Positions 57,231 through 64,000 of a stretch of 64,000 nt of DNA are shown here, one piece after another (positions within the stretch are counted from its first letter, which is position 1; each line of letters starts with the position of its first letter). A model generated the notes under the pieces. It had not been told where the DNA came from, made no database searches, and worked only from the letters and a program-made list of their open reading frames with translations. The position numbers and the translations under genes are program-made. Location of the stretch: NCBI GenBank assembly GCA_001002285.1, contig LCLX01000001.1, forward strand, positions 30 through 64,029, given 5' to 3'. The stretch is from Microgenomates group bacterium GW2011_GWC1_46_15. GTDB taxonomy: Bacteria; Patescibacteriota; Microgenomatia; UBA1400; UBA12028.

Positions 57231-59684
57231 CTAGAAAAACACGCTCCGAATCTGCGGTACAGCAAGAATAATCCCCTGAAGCACAGCTGATATCACGACG
57301 GTTATAATCAAAAACCGGTTTGAGTACGCCGGCGTGTGCTTTCCACGGACAAGAAACACGACGAGAAGTTCCAGCGCAACGAGCGTAGTAAAGACCGCAC
57401 CGCGACTAAAAGACAATCCGCGGCTTAGTGCAAATGCAAAAACACTTAGCGCAATCACGGCTTGTCCAATCCCAACCCCGCCTATCCACACATAGTTTTC
57501 TCTGGTTAATAACGCCGTCCGGTTTACTTGGTATTTTTTCAACATCGTTCTTCCATCGCTGGGATCAATGGCAAGGGCGAGCGCGGGGAGTCCGTCTGTT
57601 ACAATGTTGATCCACAGTATCGCCGGTGGCAGCAAGGGCAGCGGTAGGCCAAAAAGAAGCGCACCAAACATCACGCACACCTCGCCAAGGTTAGACGACA
57701 ACAAGTACACAATAGTGTGGGTTAAGTTGGTAAAAACAGTTCGCCCTTCTTGGATAGCGGCCACAATAGTCGCAAAGTTGTCGTCGGTAATCACGATATC
57801 CGAAGCCTCTTTTGCAACGTCCGTTCCGGTCATGCCCATCGCAACTCCAACCTCCGCCTTTTTGAGCGCGGGCGCATCATTTACGCCGTCTCCTGTTACG
57901 GCAACAACGCGGCCCATTTCTTGAAATGCGCGGACAATCCGCAGTTTGTCTGTTGGCGTCACGCGGGCAAAAATACGCACGCGGCTTAAATGCTGACGAA
58001 GAATACTATCTTCATACTGCGCAAGCTGTTGGCCGGTTAAAATTTCATCATCATGGTCAATGAGGCCAATTGACTCGGCAATGGAACGTGCGGTTTCCGG
58101 CGAATCACCCGTCAACATGACAGTCATAATGCCGGCGCGCTTACAGATACGGAGTGCCTCAGTAACCTCTTCCCTTGGGGGGTCGGAAATGGCAACAAGT
58201 CCGGCAAACGTATATCCGGAAAATGTTTCTTTTTGTACTCCTTTTGTATAGTGTGCAGAAAGCCGTTTGTGTGCAAACGCCAACACGCGGAACCCCCGCC
58301 GACCAAAATCCTCCGCCTTCTTTCGATATATTTCTTTCTCTTTTTCATTCAGCGAACTGCAAAACTGCAGAATAGATTCTGCTGCGCCTTTCGCATACGC
58401 ATGCGTTGCAGTATGCACAGCCATGGCTTTTCTATTGGAATCAAACGGATACTCCTCGATGGTGGGGAACTGTTCGCGCAGAGAAACCGTACTCAACCCG
58501 GACTTTTCGACAAGAATAAGAAGCGATCCCTCTGTTGTGTCGCCAAGAACGCGGAACTCTTTTCCACCATCCTCAACAAGCGCCAACGAACTCGTGTTAC
58601 ACAGCGCGCTAATGTGAAGCAAGATAGAAAGATCGTCGTGTGTGGCAAGATCTGCAATACGTTTTCCCGTTTTTTCTTCAATAATTTCTCCACTTTTTGT
58701 GTACCCGATTCCGGTTACGGTATACGCGCGCGTGGGTGTTACAAGATGTTTCACAACCATTTCATTTTTTGTTAATGTTCCGGTTTTGTCGGTGCAAATC
58801 ACATCAACTGACCCCAAAGCCTCAACCGCGGGAAGCCGCTTTACAATCGCCTTTTTTCCCGCAAGTCGCTTGACGCCAAACGCCAAAGCAATGGTAAGCA
58901 CGGCAATCAAGCCTTCCGGGATTGCGGCGACCGCGAGCGCAACTGCAGACAAAAACATATCGTACGGCCGTTCTCCCCGCATTAAACCGATACCCCAGAT
59001 GAGGAGAATGAGGAAGCCAATGCCGATGCCGAGCACTCGACCCAAAGAAGAAAGCTTTTTTTCCAGCGGGGTATGCTCTTCATGTATTTCGGAAAGGCGC
59101 TGGGCGATTTGGCCAAACGCCGTATGAGCCCCCGTCTTTGTTACAAGAGCGACGGCTTTTCCCGAGAGCACAGTCGTTGCCATAAATGCCGCATCGTGTA
59201 CACCCTTTGGCACAGGAACACTTTCTCCAGTGAGCGATGCCTCATTGACCGAAAGAGAAGAAGTGGACAAGATCTCGCAGTCGGCAGGGACACTGTCTCC
59301 CTCGGTAAGAATAACAACGTCCCCCGGAAGGAGCGACTTTGCTTTTATGAGTTTTTCTTTTCCATCGCGGATCACACGTGCATACGGAATGAGAAGTTTT
59401 TTGAGCGCAGCAATTTCGTGTTTTGCGCGCATTTCCTGAAGAAAACTGATTGATGCGTTTAAAAGGACAATGAAAAAAATAAAGTACGCATCTAATGTTT
59501 CGTGAAGATAGTACGATACGCTGCCGGCAAAAAGAAGAATAAAAACAAACAAGGAGCGGAACTGTTTAAGGAAAATGAAAATAACGGGAAGTTCACGCGC
59601 CTTTGGAAGAGTGTTATATCCAAACTGGTCCCGTAGCCGAGAAATGTCCTCCGACCGCAGTCCTGTCCCTGTAGGCTGTATCAT
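57231..59684 (-). CDS. cation-transporting P-type ATPase (type II, Ca2+-like)
   Basis: TGES, PEGL, DKTGTLT, TGD, GDGVNDAPAL, DGLPALAL. Confidence 0.93.
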   Translation of the reverse strand: MIQPTGTGLRSEDISRLRDQFGYNTLPKARELPVIFIFLKQFRSLFVFILLFAGSVSYYLHETLDAYFIFFIVLLNASISFLQEMRAKHEIAALKKLLIPYARVIRDGKEKLIKAKSLLPGDVVILTEGDSVPADCEILSTSSLSVNEASLTGESVPVPKGVHDAAFMATTVLSGKAVALVTKTGAHTAFGQIAQRLSEIHEEHTPLEKKLSSLGRVLGIGIGFLILLIWGIGLMRGERPYDMFLSAVALAVAAIPEGLIAVLTIALAFGVKRLAGKKAIVKRLPAVEALGSVDVICTDKTGTLTKNEMVVKHLVTPTRAYTVTGIGYTKSGEIIEEKTGKRIADLATHDDLSILLHISALCNTSSLALVEDGGKEFRVLGDTTEGSLLILVEKSGLSTVSLREQFPTIEEYPFDSNRKAMAVHTATHAYAKGAAESILQFCSSLNEKEKEIYRKKAEDFGRRGFRVLAFAHKRLSAHYTKGVQKETFSGYTFAGLVAISDPPREEVTEALRICKRAGIMTVMLTGDSPETARSIAESIGLIDHDDEILTGQQLAQYEDSILRQHLSRVRIFARVTPTDKLRIVRAFQEMGRVVAVTGDGVNDAPALKKAEVGVAMGMTGTDVAKEASDIVITDDNFATIVAAIQEGRTVFTNLTHTIVYLLSSNLGEVCVMFGALLFGLPLPLLPPAILWINIVTDGLPALALAIDPSDGRTMLKKYQVNRTALLTRENYVWIGGVGIGQAVIALSVFAFALSRGLSFSRGAVFTTLVALELLVVFLVRGKHTPAYSNRFLIITVVISAVLQGIILAVPQIRSVFF

Positions 59685-59706
59685 GCACTCAGTGTATCAT
59701 GGGAGT

Positions 59707-60288
59707 ATGCGAGTTCTGCCCCGGCCCATCTCGAAAAAAAGAAGAGGAAAAATATACACGCACGTTCTTGTTTTAACGTTGAGTGTTGTTGTTGCGCTCT
59801 TTTTAGTTCAATCTTCTGCGGTACACCGTCTTTTAGAAGTCAGCAGAGAGCTGCAGATCGTATCCGCATTTCTTGCGGGAGTGTTTTTCACTTCAGTATT
59901 TACCGTTATCCCCGCAACAGCAGCACTGTTCGTTTTAGGAGAAGAAAGCCACGCGTTGTGGCTTGCGCTTATTGCGGCATTTGGCTCTGTGGTAGGCGAC
60001 ACGTTTATTCTGAAGTTTATAGAAAACGATATTTTTTCTGATGCAAAACTTTTTGTAACATCAAAAACGAGGGCAACATTCCGCCATATTTTACAAAAGA
60101 AACTATTCCGGCTCCCATTAACGCTTCTTGGAGCGCTTATTATTGCTTCACCCTTGCCGGACGAACTTGGTATAGCACTACTGGATATTGCAAAAATAAA
60201 AATGAAGTCGTTTTACCTCATTTCATTCGCGTTGAATTTTCTCGGCATTATCGCAATTATGGAAACAGGAACACTTCTCTCAAAATAG
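59707..60288 (+). CDS. polytopic membrane protein
   Basis: Several TM; IIASPLPDELG motif. Confidence 0.7.
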   Translation: MRVLPRPISKKRRGKIYTHVLVLTLSVVVALFLVQSSAVHRLLEVSRELQIVSAFLAGVFFTSVFTVIPATAALFVLGEESHALWLALIAAFGSVVGDTFILKFIENDIFSDAKLFVTSKTRATFRHILQKKLFRLPLTLLGALIIASPLPDELGIALLDIAKIKMKSFYLISFALNFLGIIAIMETGTLLSK

Positions 60289-60323
60289 AGCGCCAAAATA
60301 GGGTACCAACACCGAACGCCGAT

Positions 60324-60689
60324 TTAGAACTTCAGCTGATCTGCGTACTTTCCAATGACTGGCAACTCTTCCATCTTGCCGTTGAGTGCGTTCATCACAC
60401 CCATCACCCAAAGCACAAGGAAGAATACACTAACGATCAAACCAATCAACCCGCTTGCAACCCAACCGAGCATGGGAAGCTGTGCCAAGAGTGATTCGGC
60501 AACATTCACCACAACGCTGGCGATCAACAATACAAGCGCTTGCTTGACGTGAAACTTCACGAATGGATCGTTCTTATCCTTTGTTAATAACGGAACAAAG
60601 AACAAAATGTAAGCGACCATCGCCATTACCGTGTTCTTTTTCCCAGACGTTGTTCGCGCTACCGCGCGCGATTTCTTTTTCGCAGGCAT
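60324..60689 (-). CDS. DUF4870-like membrane protein
   Basis: AYILFFVPL, FVKFHVKQAL, LPVIG; GGAGG SD. Confidence 0.8.
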   Translation of the reverse strand: MPAKKKSRAVARTTSGKKNTVMAMVAYILFFVPLLTKDKNDPFVKFHVKQALVLLIASVVVNVAESLLAQLPMLGWVASGLIGLIVSVFFLVLWVMGVMNALNGKMEELPVIGKYADQLKF

Positions 60690-60780
60690 ATTTCCTCCAA
60701 TTGTTAGGCAGTACTAGTATCACTATAGATGGATTGAGTACAGATTGACAACAGGCACTCTCTCGAGCTACGCTAAAACG

Positions 60781-61977
60781 ATGACCCAAAGAAAGAACGA
60801 AAATCAAGACAAAAGGGGAGGGGATGGTGGCGGAAGGACTGTTCCGCTTGCCGTGCGGATCCGCCCCTCAACCTTGGATGAGTTTATCGGCCAGTCACAC
60901 TTAGTTGGTGTCGGCAAGCCTTTGCGCATTGCAATCGAAAAACATCAGATTTTCTCGATGATTTTTTGGGGGCCTCCGGGAGTTGGTAAAACAAGTTTGG
61001 CTAAGATTTTAGCGGGGGCAGTCAATGCTGATTTTTTTGAGTTGTCTGCGGTTTCGGCGGGGAAAAGCGATTTAAGGACGATTATTGATGGCGCTTCTGC
61101 AAAAACCAGGCGTACAGTTGTGTTTTTGGATGAAATTCATCGGTTTAACAAGGCTCAGCAGGATTTTTTGTTGCCCTATGTTGAGTCCGGGGTCATTACG
61201 CTGATTGGTGCGACAACGGAAAATCCCAGTTTTGAAGTCATTGCCCCATTGTTATCGCGGTGCCGCGTGTTTGTTCTGCGCGAACTTATCAGCGAAGAAA
61301 TGGCTAAGATTATTGACCGCGCGTTAGTAACGCTCCATGCAAAAATGGACCAGGACGCAAAAGATTGGCTGACGGCAATGGCGAATGGAGATGGCCGCCA
61401 AGCAATTACGATGATCGAGAATGCGTTTGGGCTGTACACCAAGTTGACGGTTGAAACACTCAAGGATACTTTACAGTCCAAACACTTGCGGTTTGATAAA
61501 CAGGGTGAGGAGCATTTCAATACCATCAGCGCGTTTATCAAAAGCATGCGGGCGAGTGATGTGAACGCAGCGCTGTATTACTTGGCAAGAATGGTTGATG
61601 CCGGCGAAGATCCCCTGTTTATTGCCCGTCGCATGGTAGTGTTTGCGAGCGAGGATATTGGAATGGCTCAGCCCACCGCTTTAGTGGTGGCAAACGCCGT
61701 GTTCCGCGCGTGCGAAACGATTGGATACCCCGAGTGCCAGGAAAACTTGGCGCACGGCGTGGTGTACTTGGCGAGTGCAAAAAAAGACCGGTCCGCATAT
61801 GACGCATACTTCCGCGCTTTGAATGACGTCAAGCAGTTTGGCAACTTGCCCATCCCAATGAACGTACGCAACACGCCAACGAAACTCATGAAATCCTTGG
61901 GGTATGGTAAAGGATATGAGAAATACGATACAACAAGCCACTTGCCCGAGGAGTTGAAAGACAAGAAGTATTACTGA
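60781..61977 (+). CDS. rarA: replication-associated recombination protein RarA/MgsA
   Basis: PLAVRIRP, WGPPGVGKT, DEIHRFNKAQQD, GATTENPSFEV, ISAFIKSMR. Confidence 0.95.
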   Translation: MTQRKNENQDKRGGDGGGRTVPLAVRIRPSTLDEFIGQSHLVGVGKPLRIAIEKHQIFSMIFWGPPGVGKTSLAKILAGAVNADFFELSAVSAGKSDLRTIIDGASAKTRRTVVFLDEIHRFNKAQQDFLLPYVESGVITLIGATTENPSFEVIAPLLSRCRVFVLRELISEEMAKIIDRALVTLHAKMDQDAKDWLTAMANGDGRQAITMIENAFGLYTKLTVETLKDTLQSKHLRFDKQGEEHFNTISAFIKSMRASDVNAALYYLARMVDAGEDPLFIARRMVVFASEDIGMAQPTALVVANAVFRACETIGYPECQENLAHGVVYLASAKKDRSAYDAYFRALNDVKQFGNLPIPMNVRNTPTKLMKSLGYGKGYEKYDTTSHLPEELKDKKYY

Positions 61978-61996
61978 TATAAAGGAGGAGGGGAAA

Positions 61997-62257
61997 ATGA
62001 TAAATGGAAGTTTGATTGACATTGCGGGACAAACAATAGAGCAGTCACGGATTGGCGAAAAAGCGAGGATTGCTCTTACAGTAGAGGAACTCAAACGACT
62101 TCTTACAAAGTGGCTCGAACGAAAAGAAGAGTTTACAATAGACGATATTCAAACTGCGCAGGCCAACATTGCTGGTCTTGGAGGATATAACCAAGCGGCG
62201 CAAGATACAGGATATTCCGCACAAGAGTTAAGAAGTATGACGAATGAATTAGAGTGA
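61997..62257 (+). CDS. hypothetical protein
   Basis: Strong SD AAGGAGG; fills the gap. Confidence 0.5.
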   Translation: MINGSLIDIAGQTIEQSRIGEKARIALTVEELKRLLTKWLERKEEFTIDDIQTAQANIAGLGGYNQAAQDTGYSAQELRSMTNELE

Positions 62258-62260
62258 ACT

Positions 62261-62698
62261 ATGTCCCTCCGCACACAAATCACCGATCAGATCAAAACCG
62301 CGATGAAAGCGCGCGACACTGTTACTCTTAATGCTCTGCGGTACATTCTTTCAACGATTAAAAATGTTGAGATCGATGCAAAACATGAATTAAATGACGA
62401 AGAAGTGCTGAATGTGATCCAAAAAGAAGTCAAAAACCGCCGCGAAGCGATTATCCAGTTTCAGCAGGGCGGTCGTATGGACATCGTGACCGAAGAACAG
62501 AAAAAACTTGACGTATTATTAAAGTTCCTTCCGGCGCAGTTAAGCCAGCAAGACGTTGAAGAAAAAGTCCGCGCAATTGTTGCGGCACTTCCATCGAAAG
62601 ATATGCCTTCAGCAATGAAAGCAGTGATGGCCGAACTCAAAGGCAAAGCCGATGGAAAAATGATTGCAGACGCGGTAAAAGTAGCGATTACTATATAA
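62261..62698 (+). CDS. GatB/YqeY domain protein
   Basis: IKTAMKARD, FLPAQLS, LKGKADGK. Confidence 0.9.
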   Translation: MSLRTQITDQIKTAMKARDTVTLNALRYILSTIKNVEIDAKHELNDEEVLNVIQKEVKNRREAIIQFQQGGRMDIVTEEQKKLDVLLKFLPAQLSQQDVEEKVRAIVAALPSKDMPSAMKAVMAELKGKADGKMIADAVKVAITI

Positions 62699-62703
62699 CA
62701 AAC

Positions 62704-62967
62704 TCAAACTTCTTTAACAATCTTTCTTGTTAAGTTAACTTCAAGAGAGAAGCTCTGAGGTCCCTTTTCCCCTTGAGCGCTAATACTAACAATGTATATG
62801 TTATTCCCTCTTTCAGTAACGGAATACGAAACATTTCGGAGAACCCCAAGCTTTGGATAAGATTGATCCAACCAAGACGTTGCTAGGAGTATAGCCTCTC
62901 TTGCTCCCCCTTCCCCATCTTGTTGTGTGGGGACAACCTCCCCACCACTTGGACTTGGAAGTGCCAT
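62704..62967 (-). CDS. hypothetical protein
   Basis: 87-aa ORF with AGGA SD. Confidence 0.5.
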   Translation of the reverse strand: MALPSPSGGEVVPTQQDGEGGAREAILLATSWLDQSYPKLGVLRNVSYSVTERGNNIYIVSISAQGEKGPQSFSLEVNLTRKIVKEV

Positions 62968-63077
62968 AACTTTCCTTTCCGTTTATCTATCTTACCTATT
63001 GTAGCATTCCCCTAAGTTCTAAAGCGAATCCGAACACTACAATGTTCGGATATGACCAATAGGATACTGTTAGTATT

Positions 63078-63977
63078 TCATAACTGTTGCCACAAGATTA
63101 CGTAGCTATACAGACTTGGACTATACACAGGATTATTCTCCCTTATTGTCTTCACAATTGCTGAATGTGTTGCAATAGCATTTCCTTGTTGGTCATAAGA
63201 AGTTGCTGTATATTTTCCAACAGGAATATTTTCGAAAATTGCGGCAAACAACCCGGGGACTTCTGGATGTTCTGGAGAATGAATCACCGCCTTTTCGTAA
63301 GAGTTTGACAACGTTTCATGCTGGATACGCACACGATACCCAGCAAGATCGTCGTAATGTGTGTTATAAACAGAAGCAAATAACGTTCCTTTTCCTTGCT
63401 CTCCATCACTTTGCACATTGACAGTTCGGACCCCTTGAACTAACGGGAAATCAGTAAGGTTATAGTATATGGTCAATGGTCCCTCAGTTTGTCCTGTAGG
63501 AATAGCGACTGTTTCATTATATTGAGAAAACCGCACGACATTTGTGTACTGCGTGTACTCATTGTTGGGATATACAACAGTAAGTGTGTATTTCAGACCC
63601 CGTTCTGGTTTGAGATCGAGCGCAACGGGACTATCATTAAATGCGTACCGGAAACCAAACGTTGTTGTTATCGTACTATTTGTTGCAGCTGTATCAGAAC
63701 TCGTAATAGCAAAATTTACTCGAAATGGATCAGCAATCCCTTCTCTTTGTTTGAATGCATACACAAATGTTGTAAACTCCGCACGGTTTCCATTTGCTTG
63801 CGGCCCATAGATTTTTCCAGTGCCGGAAAACTTCCAAATAGGCATAAGATATCCAAATGGAAACTTTGTTGTGTCAGTAACCGTAGTTCTTCCAGCGTGG
63901 TTTGTACTGAGATAATACACCAGTTCACCAGAGGTAACAACCGCATCGCGAATATCATATCCATCGTCAGTATTCAT
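63078..63977 (-). CDS. beta-rich hypothetical protein, probably truncated by the window edge
   Basis: Thr/Tyr-rich with FENIPVGKYT (Ig/prealbumin-like strand); frame stays open to the window end. Confidence 0.55.
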   Translation of the reverse strand: MNTDDGYDIRDAVVTSGELVYYLSTNHAGRTTVTDTTKFPFGYLMPIWKFSGTGKIYGPQANGNRAEFTTFVYAFKQREGIADPFRVNFAITSSDTAATNSTITTTFGFRYAFNDSPVALDLKPERGLKYTLTVVYPNNEYTQYTNVVRFSQYNETVAIPTGQTEGPLTIYYNLTDFPLVQGVRTVNVQSDGEQGKGTLFASVYNTHYDDLAGYRVRIQHETLSNSYEKAVIHSPEHPEVPGLFAAIFENIPVGKYTATSYDQQGNAIATHSAIVKTIRENNPVYSPSLYSYVILWQQL

Positions 63978-64000
63978 TGTGGTGTATATATCGTTAGTGT

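Noticed and set aside
63028-63051. 9-bp inverted repeat ATCCGAACA-N6-TGTTCGGAT
   Set aside because: No U-tract and single copy; function cannot be supported
1-64000. Stop-codon reassignment (TGA read as Gly)
   Set aside because: Conserved genes (valS, rarA, yidC) end at TGA at expected lengths and ORFs are not fragmented

Overview
Chromosomal window around the replication origin of a small-genome bacterium. Gene content points to Patescibacteria/CPR, probably Microgenomates; this is inferred, not searched. TGA is used as stop. The left part holds housekeeping genes (valS, rplY, rnhA-jag-yidC-yidD-rnpA-rpmH, dnaA, oriC, dnaN). Directly after dnaN lies a ~32 kb T4SS-like locus with no relaxase or integrase. 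It contains VirB4, a TraC-N-like gene, a frameshifted PrgI, a giant M23 peptidase, a VirB6-like gene, a GH+SLT hydrolase, nine VirB2/TrbC-like pilins and PilN/PilO. Three toxin-antitoxin pairs, large orphan ORFs and an idi-ipk-uppS cluster are interleaved. The right part holds SpoIID, smpB, tmRNA, a fourth TA pair, comF, two tRNA-Ser, a P-type ATPase, rarA and yqeY. Most notable: a cobalamin-riboswitch-like RNA gating an orphan Zn-finger gene inside the secretion locus, a tRNA-Ser with ACU anticodon, pervasive leaderless-type promoters, one pilin with its own SD and terminator, a candidate 6S-like ncRNA, and DnaA-trios at oriC. Family calls come from recognising motifs by eye; no database searches were run. 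Several starts were moved downstream of the ORF track.
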